Shown one piece after another: positions 44,301 to 54,429 of a stretch of DNA of 64,000 nt. The position numbers and the translations under genes were made by a program. The DNA lies in contig CANKLZ010000001.1 in NCBI GenBank assembly GCA_947483795.1, positions 9,071 to 73,070 of the forward strand. Direction: 5' to 3'. Each line of letters opens with the position of its first letter. Positions within the stretch are counted from its first letter, which is position 1. The DNA is from Micrococcales bacterium (lineage in GTDB: Bacteria; Actinomycetota; Actinomycetes; Actinomycetales; Microbacteriaceae). The notes under the pieces are model-generated. The model did no database searches, had not been told where the DNA came from, and saw only the letters and a program-made list of their open reading frames with translations.

Positions 44301-45895
44301 ACTATCTCTTCACGAATGCTATCTAGAGGCGGATTAGTCACTTGTGCAAACTGTTGAACGAAGTAATCAAACAACAAACGCGGTCTATCGCTAAGAGCTG
44401 CTATCGGAGTATCTGATCCCATGGCACCTAGAGGCTCTGCGCCTGCCCTAGCCATCGGCGCAATTAGGATACGTAGATCTTCTTCCGTGTAGCCGAAGGT
44501 GCGCTGTCTACGGGCAACAGAACTTTTTGTGTAAGCCACATGCTCCCGATCAGGTAAATCTTTTAGATTGATACGTTTATCTGCAAGCCATTTACCCCAA
44601 GGCTCAGATGCAGCGATCTCTGCCTTAATCTCAGAATCATCTATAAGTCGACCAGTAGTGGTATCGGCTAGAAACATTCGACCAGGCTGCAATCTTCCTT
44701 TTCGAACTATGCGGCTAGGGTCGATATCAACCACGCCAATTTCGGAAGCTAGAACAACTAGCCCATCTTCGGTAACAATATAACGACCTGGTCTTAGGCC
44801 ATTTCGGTCTAAGGTTGCTCCAACAAGGCTGCCATCTGTGAAAATCACTGCAGCTGGACCATCCCAAGGTTCCATAAGCATCGAGTGATACTCATAGAAA
44901 TCTCGCAACTGCGGATCCATGTCAGTCTGCTTCTCCCACGCTTCAGGAATCATCATCATCATGGCGTGCGGCAATGATCTTCCTGATTGCACCAGAAGTT
45001 CAAGTACCTCATCGAAAGAAGTTGAGTCGCTTCCACCGGCTGTGACAATTGGTTTGAGCGTGTCAATATCTCCAAGAAGGTCAGACTCAAGTCGAGCTTC
45101 TCTAGAGCGCATCCAGTTTCGATTTCCCTTAACAGTATTGATCTCACCGTTGTGGGCAATCATTCTGAATGGGTGTGCTAATGGCCACGATGGAAAAGTG
45201 TTGGTTGAGAATCTAGAGTGCACCAGAGCCAATTTGGATTCGAACTTCTCGTCACTCAAATCTGGATAGAAGGGTTCTAGCTGAAGTGTGGTCACCATAC
45301 CCTTGTAGACAATCGTTTTTGCTGACAATGACGGGTGATAGACACCTAGTTCACGTTCAGAAATTTTTCTAACGAAGTACAACTCACGCTCGAGAGCATC
45401 AGATGTCATCTGCATTGTAGAAGCCACGAAGACCTGAACTATTTGAGGCATGGCGGCTCTCGCTAAATCACCAAGAGAATACGGGTCTGTTGGGACCTGA
45501 CGAACACCTAGCAGAGTGAGACCTCTAGCATCACAAATCTTTGCGAAAGATGCAGCGAAATTTCTTGAGTCGGCATCCACGTCTAGGAAAACGAGACCAG
45601 CTCCGTATGTGCCAGCTGTTGGCAATTCGAAATCAACTACAGATCTGAGGAACAGGTCAGGTATTTGAGTGATGATGCCTGCACCATCACCCGTTCCAGC
45701 ATCAGATCCAACAGCACCTCGGTGTTCTAAGTTTCTAAGTGCGCCGAGGGCAGTGTCGATAATGTCATGTCCTGCAGTTCCTCGAAGGGTTGCGACCATG
45801 GCAAGTCCACAGGCGTCCTTATCTCGAGCAGGGTCGTATAGGCCCGATGCTGCTGGAGCGGTATTGAACCGCTCAAACGGCGACTGACCAGACAT
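41336..45895 (-). CDS. gltB: Glutamate synthase large subunit
   Basis: [44 protein letters not shown]. Start at 45895 follows GGAG (alternative 45907). Confidence 0.97.
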   Translation of the reverse strand: MSGQSPFERFNTAPAASGLYDPARDKDACGLAMVATLRGTAGHDIIDTALGALRNLEHRGAVGSDAGTGDGAGIITQIPDLFLRSVVDFELPTAGTYGAGLVFLDVDADSRNFAASFAKICDARGLTLLGVRQVPTDPYSLGDLARAAMPQIVQVFVASTMQMTSDALERELYFVRKISERELGVYHPSLSAKTIVYKGMVTTLQLEPFYPDLSDEKFESKLALVHSRFSTNTFPSWPLAHPFRMIAHNGEINTVKGNRNWMRSREARLESDLLGDIDTLKPIVTAGGSDSTSFDEVLELLVQSGRSLPHAMMMMIPEAWEKQTDMDPQLRDFYEYHSMLMEPWDGPAAVIFTDGSLVGATLDRNGLRPGRYIVTEDGLVVLASEIGVVDIDPSRIVRKGRLQPGRMFLADTTTGRLIDDSEIKAEIAASEPWGKWLADKRINLKDLPDREHVAYTKSSVARRQRTFGYTEEDLRILIAPMARAGAEPLGAMGSDTPIAALSDRPRLLFDYFVQQFAQVTNPPLDSIREEIVTSLGVGIGPEQNLLSATPEHARMVILDFPVLTNDEISKIKFSEDSGIGKSHIVKGLFRVDEGAEALVQRLKELCSELDEAVASGCNFVVVSDRDSNRELAPIPSLLLTSAVHHHLIKTGNRTRVGLVVEAGDVREVHHVAALIGFGAAAINPYLVIESVELMVRNGTIQGVTIEQATKNMIKGLGKGVLKIMSKMGISTVSSYSGAQCFEAIGLSQEFVDAYFTGTTSQLGGIGIEVIVEEITTRHSSAYPIDRAIRPHETLEVGGEYQWRREGPPHLFNPETIFKLQHATKTKRFDIFRQYTKLIDDQAEQLMTLRGLFLLREGVRPSVPLNEVEPATEIVKRFSTGAMSYGSISPEAHETLAIAMNMIGAKSNTGEGGEEVGRLLDPARRSAIKQVASGRFGVTSMYLSHADDIQIKMAQGAKPGEGGQLPPNKVYPWIADIRHSTPGVGLISPPPHHDIYSIEDLKQLIFDLKRANSSARVHVKLVSQVGIGTVAAGVAKAKADVILVSGHDGGTGASPLNSLKHAGTPWELGLAETQQTLMANGLRDRVSVQVDGQMKTGRDVVIAALLGAEEFGFATAPLVVSGCVMMRVCHLDTCPVGVATQNPDLRARYTGQAEHVVNFFMFLAEEVREYLAALGFRSLDEAIGHSELLDANRAISHWKADGLDLTPILSAPQPNTGPLRRFTYQDHELEKHFDHELIKLSTAALEDAQKVVIELPIRNTAQAVGTMLGHEVTKLYGAAGLPEATIDVRVAGSAGQSFGAFIPSGIKLTISGDSNDYVGKGLSGGVIVVRPSESSVFPAEQNVIAGNVIGYGATSGSMFLSGIVGERFLVRNSGAIAVVEGVGDHGLEYMTGGTAVILGRTGKNFAAGMSGGVAYVYKLRADLVNHSALTDGEIDLLKLDEIDGELLQSLLARHELETGSKLAARLIADFGSSVDDFTKVLPRDYANVKKIQAAATLNGEDLAGAVVWQRILEVSANGRS

Positions 45896-45959
45896 GTCGA
45901 ACTCCATTCAAATAGATGTTGTGGGGACGACAGTGGCCCTAAAGCTTGGAAGAAGGTCT

Positions 45960-46931
45960 CTATTCCTTCTGCGTGGATTGGGTCAATTCTACTTCAGTCT
46001 CAGACACTTCAGAAGGCAGACTTTCATCAGTTGATGCTTGTTCAGCCAACGCTAGTTGCTTATTACTGCGACCAGGTAGATAGCCAGTCGTCTCTTCTCC
46101 AGTGTGTCGGGAGCGTTGAATCATAAATAGGGTCAGTCCCAGAAGTAACCCGATTAGAGCGGAAATTTGATTGGTTCTAAGGCCTAGGAAAACATCACTC
46201 GGATCTAACCTGATACCTTCAATGAAGAACCTTCCGAATGAGTACCACATTAGGTAAAGAGCGAACATACGACCCCAACGAAGATTGAAACGTTGTTCTA
46301 GAAGCATTAGAACAGCTATACCTAGCAGAGACCAGAGCGATTCGTAAAGAAAGGTTGGGTGAAAGGTTAGGCCATCCGGTAGCCCGAGTGGGTAACTTGG
46401 GTTGAAGCTTGAGATTTCTAGTCCCCAAGGAAGATCAGTTGGCGAGCCAAAGAGTTCATTATTGAAGTAGTTACCCCATCGTCCGAGAGCTTGGGCGGCA
46501 AGAAGACCTGGCACGAGTGCGTCAGCGAAGCTTAGGAATCTGATTCCTGCTGATTCAATTCTCAAGACTTTAATGTCTACCTGACATGCAATGTAGGCAC
46601 CTATTGAACCGAAGATTATTGCTCCATAAATAGCTAAGCCGCCCTCCCAGAGTCTGAACATTGAGGTCCAGTCTCGACCAGGCCCGAAGTAGTCAGAGAT
46701 GTGGGTAGCAACGTGGAATAAACGTCCGCCTACGATTCCAAAGGGTACCGCCCAGATTGCTATGTCAATTGCAAGTCCAGCCTCCATTCCCCTTGCCTTC
46801 ATTCGACCCGCAGTAAGAACTGTGGCAACGATTATGCCGGCCAGGATGAAAAGTGCGTATAAGTGAATAGTCACCGGACCGATTGTGAAACTAGATACAA
46901 TCGGTGAAGGAATTGAGTAGAACACTGACAT
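45960..46931 (-). CDS. lgt: Prolipoprotein diacylglyceryl transferase
   Basis: GGRLFHV, WEGGLAIYG, GRWGNYFNNE, HPTFLYES. Confidence 0.95.
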   Translation of the reverse strand: MSVFYSIPSPIVSSFTIGPVTIHLYALFILAGIIVATVLTAGRMKARGMEAGLAIDIAIWAVPFGIVGGRLFHVATHISDYFGPGRDWTSMFRLWEGGLAIYGAIIFGSIGAYIACQVDIKVLRIESAGIRFLSFADALVPGLLAAQALGRWGNYFNNELFGSPTDLPWGLEISSFNPSYPLGLPDGLTFHPTFLYESLWSLLGIAVLMLLEQRFNLRWGRMFALYLMWYSFGRFFIEGIRLDPSDVFLGLRTNQISALIGLLLGLTLFMIQRSRHTGEETTGYLPGRSNKQLALAEQASTDESLPSEVSETEVELTQSTQKE

Positions 46932-46933
46932 GA

Positions 46934-47713
46934 TTACATACCGCCCTTTAGTTGCTTGACTGTTTTACGAAGTTCTGAAATCCCACCATCGCGATAGGCC
47001 TTGATGAAAACGCTACCGACGATTGCTCCATCAGCGTATGAATTTACTTCAGTTACCTGATCAGCTGTAGAAATACCAATTCCCACACAGACTGGGACCT
47101 GAGTATGTGTTTCTCTCACGCCAGAAACTACGCCTCGAGCCTTTGCGTCCAAGTCTTCTCTTGCGCCAGTGATACCCATGGTGGATACAGCGTAAATGAA
47201 TCCCCTGCTCAGTTTGGCTACTTGATCTAAACGTTTCTGAGAGGAAGAAGGGGTAGCCATAAAAACCCTGTCAAGATCTAGTTCCTCGGAGTACCTAAGC
47301 CAATCTGAAGCTTCATCTGGAATAAGGTCAGGGGTTATAAGTCCTGCTCCTCCAGCGGCCTTTAGGTCTCTAGCGAATCGTTCTACACCGTATTGCATGA
47401 TTGGGTTCCAGTAACTCATCACTAGAACTGGAGTTTCGACTCTAGAGGTGATTTGCTTCACCATGTCGAAAAACATGTTCAATTTAAATCCATTTGCCAA
47501 AGCTTGCTCAGTGGCAACTTGAATAACCAAGCCATCCATTACTGGATCACTGTATGGGACGCCAAGTTCAAGAATGTCGATTCCTGATTCACACATTGCA
47601 ACAGAGGCCTCGACTGAATCTTCAACTGTTGGATAGCCAGCAGGGAAATATCCGATTAGTGCAGGCTGACCCTTATCTGAAAGGTCGTGTAGCAGTTCCT
47701 CAGTTTTACTCAT
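46934..47713 (-). CDS. trpA: Tryptophan synthase alpha chain
   Basis: ELGVPYSDPVMDG, YAVSTMGITG, ADGAIVGS. Confidence 0.96.
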   Translation of the reverse strand: MSKTEELLHDLSDKGQPALIGYFPAGYPTVEDSVEASVAMCESGIDILELGVPYSDPVMDGLVIQVATEQALANGFKLNMFFDMVKQITSRVETPVLVMSYWNPIMQYGVERFARDLKAAGGAGLITPDLIPDEASDWLRYSEELDLDRVFMATPSSSQKRLDQVAKLSRGFIYAVSTMGITGAREDLDAKARGVVSGVRETHTQVPVCVGIGISTADQVTEVNSYADGAIVGSVFIKAYRDGGISELRKTVKQLKGGM

Positions 47714-47715
47714 GT

Positions 47716-48921
47716 CTACTCCAGGAATCCAAAGTACTTGCCAACAGTTTCCATGTCTTTATCGCCGCGTCCACTTAGATTCAAGAGAACTGATGACCCA
47801 GCAGGCAAAGTGTGTCCGTACTTTATGACACCAGCTAATGCGTGAGCAGTTTCGATGGCAGGAATAATTCCTTCGCTTTGTGATAGAGCTTTAAGAGCCT
47901 GCATGGCTTCGTCATCACTTATGCCGAAGTACTGTGCTCGGTTTAGATCCTTCAACCAGGAATGCTCTGGTCCTACTCCTGGATAATCTAGACCTGCCGA
48001 AATGGAATGGCTTTCAACAGTTTGTCCATCTTCGTCTTGGAGCATGTAGCTCTTGGCTCCGTGCAGAACTCCAACCCTGCCTTTGCTAAGAGTTGCTGCG
48101 TGACGCATGGTTTCCATACCATCGCCAGCGGCCTCGAAGCCCCAGAGAGCTACATCCTCGTCATCAAGGAACGCATGGAACAATCCAATCGCATTGGATC
48201 CACCACCGACACAGGCTGTGACTACATCAGGCAAGAAACCAAAATCATCCAACATTTGTTGGCGTGCTTCCTTTCCAATTACAGAGTGGAAATCACGAAC
48301 AATCGTTGGAAATGGATGTGGGCCAGCTACCGTTCCCAAGAGGTAGTGCGTGTCATCGACATTGGCCACCCAGTCACGCAAAGCTTCGTTAATGGCATCC
48401 TTTAGTGTTCTTGAACCTGTGGTCACAGGTACAACTTCTGCCCCTAGTAGTTTCATACGAGCGACATTGAGAGCTTGCCTTTGCGTATCAACTTCACCCA
48501 TGTAGACAACACATTCAAGCCCAAAAAGCGCAGCAGCAGTTGCACTAGCAACACCATGCTGACCAGCTCCGGTTTCAGCGATGATTCGCTTCTTGCCCAT
48601 ACGTTTTGCCAAAAGTGCTTGACCTATCACGTTGTTAATCTTGTGAGAACCGGTATGGTTTAGATCTTCACGCTTGAGAAGTACGCGGATATCTCCAGCC
48701 AGGGCTGCGAACTTAGGAACCTCTGTGATGATCGAGGGTCTGCCTACGTATGTTTTGTTGAGTTCATCTAGCTCGAGTGCGAAAGTAGGATCAACCTTTG
48801 CTTGAGAGTACGTCTCTTCGAGTTGGTCTAGTGCAGCGATGAGAGATTCAGGCACGAAACGTCCCCCGTACTCTCCAAAGTACGGGCCGTCTTGAGCTTT
48901 TAGGTTTGTCTTGTCAGTCAT
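47716..48921 (-). CDS. trpB: Tryptophan synthase beta chain
   Basis: [33 protein letters not shown]. Confidence 0.98.
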   Translation of the reverse strand: MTDKTNLKAQDGPYFGEYGGRFVPESLIAALDQLEETYSQAKVDPTFALELDELNKTYVGRPSIITEVPKFAALAGDIRVLLKREDLNHTGSHKINNVIGQALLAKRMGKKRIIAETGAGQHGVASATAAALFGLECVVYMGEVDTQRQALNVARMKLLGAEVVPVTTGSRTLKDAINEALRDWVANVDDTHYLLGTVAGPHPFPTIVRDFHSVIGKEARQQMLDDFGFLPDVVTACVGGGSNAIGLFHAFLDDEDVALWGFEAAGDGMETMRHAATLSKGRVGVLHGAKSYMLQDEDGQTVESHSISAGLDYPGVGPEHSWLKDLNRAQYFGISDDEAMQALKALSQSEGIIPAIETAHALAGVIKYGHTLPAGSSVLLNLSGRGDKDMETVGKYFGFLE

Positions 48922-48924
48922 CTA

Positions 48925-49710
48925 CTAGAGTCTAATCTTTGGAATAGATGTGAATTGCTCTAGAAGTGATTCGGCATCCCCGATTACCAGCGCTTCTCCT
49001 ACCAAAACCATGTCAGCACCAGCATTGGCGTAAGAGGACACATCATCCACATTACGAACTGCAGACTCTGCAACTGCTATGCAGTCGGATGGAAGTGCCT
49101 CCACCAAACTATGGAATAGCTCGCGGTCTGTTTCAAATGTAGAAAGGTCCCTGGCATTTATGCCAATGAGTTTTGCTCCAAGATCAATAGCCCTTGAGAT
49201 TTCAGTGGCATTGTGCGTTTCGACGAAAGGTGTCATCCCAAAACTCTCAACTAATCTGGCGAGATGTTCAAGTTCTCGTTGCTCCAGACCTGCAACAATG
49301 AGCAGAACAATGTCCGCCCCATATGCTCGCGCTTCGATAACCTGCTGCTCTAGAGAAACAAAATCTTTGCGCAGTAGTGGTATGGAAACAGACTCACGAA
49401 CGGAAACTAAGTCTTCCAAACTTCCTTTGAATAGTCTCTGCTCGGTCAGCACACTGATAGCAGATGCTCCACTTGCTTCATAAACTCTTGCGAGAGCTGC
49501 GACGTCAGGAATGTCAGCTAGATGGCCTTTAGATGGGCTAGCTCTTTTGATCTCTGCGATTACTTCTATATTTGGCGTTTTGCCAAAGCGTTCTAAAACA
49601 TTTATGGGAGGTTTAGCTTTATCAATTAGAGCATCAAGGTCAGATAAGGATACGGAATGTAGCCGCGCATGCGCATCTGCGATAGCTCCGGCATAGAGTC
49701 CGTCAAGCAT
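48925..49710 (-). CDS. trpC: Indole-3-glycerol phosphate synthase
   Basis: IAEIKRASPSKG, ISVLTE, LRKDF, GINARDL, VAES. Confidence 0.96.
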   Translation of the reverse strand: MLDGLYAGAIADAHARLHSVSLSDLDALIDKAKPPINVLERFGKTPNIEVIAEIKRASPSKGHLADIPDVAALARVYEASGASAISVLTEQRLFKGSLEDLVSVRESVSIPLLRKDFVSLEQQVIEARAYGADIVLLIVAGLEQRELEHLARLVESFGMTPFVETHNATEISRAIDLGAKLIGINARDLSTFETDRELFHSLVEALPSDCIAVAESAVRNVDDVSSYANAGADMVLVGEALVIGDAESLLEQFTSIPKIRL

Positions 49711-49934
49711 TATTTCTTCTGAGATGCAACTCGGTTAACTCCGTAACCAAGTTTTGATAGCACTGGACCCATAGGTATTGCTAAAACTGTCAGCACTGAT
49801 CCAACGATCACGAGAGTACCTGCAGGAATAACCACTCCCAGTGTGCCTAATGTGACTCCAACTATCGCAGTGATAACTGCAGCCCATGCCGCGATTGAGT
49901 GCCCATGACCTGGTTCGTTTTCGTGATTGCTCAT
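49710..49934 (-). CDS. Small membrane protein of the HGxxPAAW (DUF6704-like) family in the trp operon
   Basis: GHGHSIAAW followed by two hydrophobic helices and LGYG; ATG at 49934 follows GAAAGG; position before trpC. Confidence 0.75.
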   Translation of the reverse strand: MSNHENEPGHGHSIAAWAAVITAIVGVTLGTLGVVIPAGTLVIVGSVLTVLAIPMGPVLSKLGYGVNRVASQKK

Positions 49935-49992
49935 TTGATGCCTTTCCTTCTTCAATCTTAACAAGAGTTGCTCAGTAGATTGGTCTTAATGA

Positions 49993-51504
49993 TTATTTAG
50001 GGCCAAACAGTGAGTTTGCCTGATCAATGGCTGTAAGTACAGCAGACATCTTGGCTAGAGTCTCTTGGTATTCGGACTCGGGAACAGAATCGAGAACGAT
50101 TCCAGCTCCAGCCTGGACTCTTGCCACTGCGTCCCGAATAAAGGCTGTTCTGATTGCTATGGCTAGGTCTGCATTTCCCTCGAAGTCTAAGTAGCCTACG
50201 ACTCCTCCGAAAATGCCTCTGTTAGCGGATTCCAAGTCGTTGATAATCTCAAGTGCTCTTGGTTTAGGTGCGCCAGAGAGTGTGCCTGCAGGGAATGTTG
50301 CCTTGAATACGTCAACTGGGGTCTTACCTGTTCCAAGATCGCCTTCAACAGTTGATACCAAGTGCATGATGTGGCTGAATCTTTCAATCTTCATGAACTG
50401 AGTGACAGTGACGGATGCTGGTTCACAAACCTTGAGCAAATCGTTTCGAGCAAGATCTACGAGCATCAGGTGTTCGGCTCTTTCCTTTTGGTCAGCCAGT
50501 AAAGAATCAGCGAATTCTTCATCTTGAATTTGACTGTCCCCTCTTGGCCTAGAACCGGCGATTGGATGCATTACGACTTTGCTACCAGATACTTTTACCA
50601 AAGCCTCAGGCGAAGAGCCAACCACTGCATAGTCTCCGTTGGAATCCGAGTAATTCAACAGATACATGTAAGGAGACGGATTCAATGCTCGCAGCACTCT
50701 GTAAACATCTATCGGCCTTGCTTGTACTTCCACATCGATGCGTTGAGATAAGACAACTTGAAAAACGTCACCTGCTGTGACATGTTGTTTAGCTTTTTCT
50801 ACAGCTGAAAGGAAATCGCTGTGGGATGTGCGTGGTTTTCGATCGAAGCGCAGTTCTGCTGTTGAGGTGGAAAGAGTCTGGCTAGTTGGCTCGGCTAACA
50901 GTTCGTGAATTTCATTGATCCTAGTTTCAGCATCATCAAATGCCTTTGCATAATCTGAGCTACTGTCGCAGTAAATGTTCGACACAATTAGCACGCTACT
51001 GGTCTTGTGATCTAAAACAATAATGTCTTGGACCATCTCGAGGTGAATCTTAGGTCTCTCATAATCAAGAACAGGCGCTAGGGGTAGGGTTTCAATGTCA
51101 CGGATGACATCCCATGAGAACAAGCCGACAAGCCCCGACGTAAGCGGTGGCAAGTTGCTCATTGGCAGAGTTTTCCAAGCAGATTGCACTACGCGAATGG
51201 CATCCAAAGAGCTACTTGGCAATCTGCCTGCGTCTGGTAGTGCTAGTTCGGAACCCTTGACGATGAATTCGTTGTCTGTCTCGATGAAGCTTGCTCGACT
51301 AGATAACCCAATGAAACTATATCGTGACCAAACACCTTGCTCTGCTGATTCAAGTAGAAACGTACCTGACCGACCCGCTGAGAGCTTTTCGTAGATTCCT
51401 ACTGGTGTGTCGTTACCGCCGAAAACCGTCAGGAAAATTGGAACTACGTTGCCAAGTGTGGCTGTGCTCAAGAATTCGTCCTTGGAGAGGTTGAACCTAT
51501 TCAC
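49993..51504 (-). CDS. trpE: Anthranilate synthase component I
   Basis: FLLESAEQG, FQVVLSQR, NPSPYM, SSPE, EHLMLVDLARND, GTLSGAPK. Start is either GTG at 51504 or 51519. Confidence 0.95.
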   Translation of the reverse strand: MNRFNLSKDEFLSTATLGNVVPIFLTVFGGNDTPVGIYEKLSAGRSGTFLLESAEQGVWSRYSFIGLSSRASFIETDNEFIVKGSELALPDAGRLPSSSLDAIRVVQSAWKTLPMSNLPPLTSGLVGLFSWDVIRDIETLPLAPVLDYERPKIHLEMVQDIIVLDHKTSSVLIVSNIYCDSSSDYAKAFDDAETRINEIHELLAEPTSQTLSTSTAELRFDRKPRTSHSDFLSAVEKAKQHVTAGDVFQVVLSQRIDVEVQARPIDVYRVLRALNPSPYMYLLNYSDSNGDYAVVGSSPEALVKVSGSKVVMHPIAGSRPRGDSQIQDEEFADSLLADQKERAEHLMLVDLARNDLLKVCEPASVTVTQFMKIERFSHIMHLVSTVEGDLGTGKTPVDVFKATFPAGTLSGAPKPRALEIINDLESANRGIFGGVVGYLDFEGNADLAIAIRTAFIRDAVARVQAGAGIVLDSVPESEYQETLAKMSAVLTAIDQANSLFGPK

Positions 51505-51838
51505 GGTAGCTACCTGCACTCTTCACTTCAATAGCTTGTGAATCGAAACAAGATTCTTTGCCCGTGTGGCAGCTTGGTCCTACTGGTTTAGCAAAAACAA
51601 GAATTGAATCAGAGTCGCAATCAAGTTCCATCGCCGTCACGTTTAGAAGATTTCCTGAGGTGGAACCCTTCTTCCAAATCTCTTGTCTTGATCTAGACCA
51701 GAAGTGGCAGGTTCCAGTTTCTAGAGTGAGATTGAACGCTTCTTGATTCATGTAAGCGAGCATAAGCACTCTGCCAGAGTCAACATTTTGGACGATGGCT
51801 GGTATCAGCTCGTTTTTATCGAAGTCGGGATTAGACAT
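51497..51838 (-). CDS. hisI: Phosphoribosyl-AMP cyclohydrolase
   Basis: WSRSRQEIWKKGSTSGN, DCDSD, CHTG..SCF. Confidence 0.95.
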   Translation of the reverse strand: MSNPDFDKNELIPAIVQNVDSGRVLMLAYMNQEAFNLTLETGTCHFWSRSRQEIWKKGSTSGNLLNVTAMELDCDSDSILVFAKPVGPSCHTGKESCFDSQAIEVKSAGSYRE

Positions 51839-52607
51839 TTGGTAACAGTCTAACTTTCACGCCCTGTTTGTGCAGGGTGTCCTTGACTTTCCGAATGGTT
51901 AGTGTTCCTTCGTGGAAGACCGATGCAGCTAGGACGGCATTAGCCCCAGCCTGGACAGCGGGCAGAAAGTCGTCAGGAGTTCCTGCTCCCCCACTGGCGA
52001 TGATTGGAAGAGCAGAAACCTGTCGCATTGCTGCAATCAAGTCTGTGTTGAAACCTGCTTTAGTACCATCGGCATCAACGCTATTTATCAGTAGTTCACC
52101 AATGCCTCGTTGCTGATTTTCGGTAATCCATGCAATGGCATCAAACCCGGTGACTTTTGAACCACCGTGGGTTGTCAGCGCGTATCCTGAGCCCATTTGC
52201 GGATCTTGGACGACATCCAGCGAAACGACAACTATCTGGTCACCGTATTTTTCGGAGATTTCATTCAGAAGCTCGGGATTTGTGACGCTAGATGAACCAA
52301 TGCTGACCTTGTCAGCTCCCGCCTCCAGATAGCTAGAAACATCTGACAGTTTGGAAATACCGCCACCAACTGTGAGTGGGATGAAGATGCTCTCGGCGGT
52401 TCTTTTAATTACGTCGAGCATGGCAACGCGACCTTCAAGGCTAGCGGAGACGTCTAGAAAGGTAATTTCGTCTGCTCCTGCCTCGTAATACATCTTGGCT
52501 AACTCAACTGGGTCCCCTATGTCCTGAAGACCCTTGAATTGAATGCCTTTGACTACCCTGCCGTCTTTCACGTCAAGACAAGGTATTACTCGTATTGAAA
52601 GAGTCAT
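51831..52607 (-). CDS. hisF: Imidazole glycerol phosphate synthase cyclase subunit
   Basis: RVIPCLDV, GADEITFLD, TVGGG, DADGTKAG, IASGGAG. Confidence 0.96.
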   Translation of the reverse strand: MTLSIRVIPCLDVKDGRVVKGIQFKGLQDIGDPVELAKMYYEAGADEITFLDVSASLEGRVAMLDVIKRTAESIFIPLTVGGGISKLSDVSSYLEAGADKVSIGSSSVTNPELLNEISEKYGDQIVVVSLDVVQDPQMGSGYALTTHGGSKVTGFDAIAWITENQQRGIGELLINSVDADGTKAGFNTDLIAAMRQVSALPIIASGGAGTPDDFLPAVQAGANAVLAASVFHEGTLTIRKVKDTLHKQGVKVRLLPNV

Positions 52608-52609
52608 AA

Positions 52610-53455
52610 CTAGATTCGAGCTGCGTGTATGGCACTAACCAAGATTGCTCTTGCACCGATGTTATAGAGCTCGTCCATCTTGGCATTAGTCTCTTGACTT
52701 AGAACTAAGGCTCTTACTGCTAGCCAATTGGGATCTTTGGTAGGTGAGATAGTTGGAGACTCTATGCCAGGAGTGATAGCTGAAGCTTGATCTATCAAAT
52801 CCGTCGGGCAGTCGTAATCGAAGATGACATACTCTCGGGCGACAATAACACCTTGCAATCTTCTCAATAACGAAGCGTGTTTATCCGAGCTTGATGAATT
52901 CGCAATAAGAAAAGCCGATGATTCAACGATTACCTCACCGAAGGCTTCTAAGCCAGCTTGCCTTAGTGTGTTACCAGAAGAAACCACATCTGCGATTAGA
53001 TCCGCCACTCCCAAACTCACTGCAGTTTCGACGGCACCGTCTAGGGCAATAACGGTTGCCATAATGTTCTTTTGTTCAAGATAGTCAGAGACAATATTCG
53101 GGTAAGCAGTAGCAACACGCTTTCCGGCTATCTGTTCGATTGAGTCAAATTCACCAATTACACCTGCGAAGGTAAATCTTGATTGGCCGAAGTTCAAATC
53201 AGCAATCCGCACAGCTTTAGACCTGCTGTCCATCAGAAGGTCTAGACCAGTAATTCCTGCGTCTAGGGCACCTGTGCCAACGTACGTAGCGATGTCTCTA
53301 GGACGTAGATAAAAGAATTCAATGTTGTTACGGCTGTCAAGTACGCGAAGCGTCTTGGAGTCTTTGCGCACGGCGTAGCCTGCTTCGGCCAACATTGCAG
53401 TTGAATGGTCGGCAAGAATCCCTTTGTTTGGAACAGCAACTTTTAGCATGCTCAT
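52610..53455 (-). CDS. hisG: ATP phosphoribosyltransferase (long form)
   Basis: AVPNKG, LRPRDIATYV, GAVE, ADVVSSGNTL, PGIESPT. Confidence 0.95.
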   Translation of the reverse strand: MSMLKVAVPNKGILADHSTAMLAEAGYAVRKDSKTLRVLDSRNNIEFFYLRPRDIATYVGTGALDAGITGLDLLMDSRSKAVRIADLNFGQSRFTFAGVIGEFDSIEQIAGKRVATAYPNIVSDYLEQKNIMATVIALDGAVETAVSLGVADLIADVVSSGNTLRQAGLEAFGEVIVESSAFLIANSSSSDKHASLLRRLQGVIVAREYVIFDYDCPTDLIDQASAITPGIESPTISPTKDPNWLAVRALVLSQETNAKMDELYNIGARAILVSAIHAARI

Positions 53456-53719
53456 CTAGTATCGCTCCTCAAGATCTTGCAGAGATAATCCTTTAGCCAC
53501 CATCAGGACTTGTAAGTGATAAATCAGTTGGCTTATTTCAAGAGCAAGGTCGTCATTGGTTTCATGCTCGGCCGCCATCCAAACCTCTGCTGCTTCCTCA
53601 ACTATCTTCTTGCCAATAGCGTGTACGCCTTGCTCCAACAGGAGCTTTGTGTTTGATTCTGATTCAACAGACTGAGATTTCAGCTGTATCTCGTTGAACA
53701 GCGATTCGAAGGACTTCAT
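53456..53719 (-). CDS. hisE: Phosphoribosyl-ATP pyrophosphatase
   Basis: IGKKIVEEAAEVWMAAEHE, EISQLIYH; ATG at 53719. Confidence 0.93.
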   Translation of the reverse strand: MKSFESLFNEIQLKSQSVESESNTKLLLEQGVHAIGKKIVEEAAEVWMAAEHETNDDLALEISQLIYHLQVLMVAKGLSLQDLEERY

Positions 53720-53740
53720 TAACACATTTTACAGTTGAAA

Positions 53741-54409
53741 CTACATGTTTGGCGCTGCTGCCTCTGCGGCTTGGCGCAATTGGGCAATCATCCCATTCCT
53801 GTCTGAACTTCCAAACACTGAACTACCGGCTACGAAGGTATCGGCACCGACTGCTGCGGCAGCTGATATCGTCTTAAGGTCAATTCCTCCGTCAACTTGC
53901 AACCAGGTGTCAGGGCTATCTTTATCTATCAAGGAGCGCACCTCTGATATCTTCTCGAGCGATGATTCTATAAATGATTGACCGCCAAACCCTGGCTCGA
54001 CCGACATAACAAGTATCTGATCAAAATGATGAACAAGGCCTCGAAGCACACTGACTGGAGTATTGGGTTTAATTGAAAGCCCCGCTCGCGACCCTAGAGC
54101 CTTTATTTCCTTTGAAAGCTGAATAGGGCCAGTACAAGCTTCGAAATGAACCGTGACAGAAAAAACTCCTAGCTCAGCGTATTTTGGAGCCCAATGATCA
54201 GGATTTTCAATCATGAGGTGCACATCGAGGGGCAAACTAGAAATATCTTGCATGCGCTTGACCATCCCAGTGCCGAAGGTCATGTTTGGGACGAAGTGAC
54301 CATCCATAATGTCAAGGTGTATTCCATCAGCGGAAGTGATGGTGCCAAAGTCACTTTCGAGGTTAACAAAATCTGCACTGAGGATGCTTGGTTGGATTCT
54401 TATGCTCAT
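53741..54409 (-). CDS. rpe: Ribulose-phosphate 3-epimerase
   Basis: PSILSADF, HLDIMDGHFVPN, MSVEPGFGGQ, VDGG. Confidence 0.97.
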   Translation of the reverse strand: MSIRIQPSILSADFVNLESDFGTITSADGIHLDIMDGHFVPNMTFGTGMVKRMQDISSLPLDVHLMIENPDHWAPKYAELGVFSVTVHFEACTGPIQLSKEIKALGSRAGLSIKPNTPVSVLRGLVHHFDQILVMSVEPGFGGQSFIESSLEKISEVRSLIDKDSPDTWLQVDGGIDLKTISAAAAVGADTFVAGSSVFGSSDRNGMIAQLRQAAEAAAPNM

Positions 54410-54429
54410 GAGTAAACCTTATTACCCAG

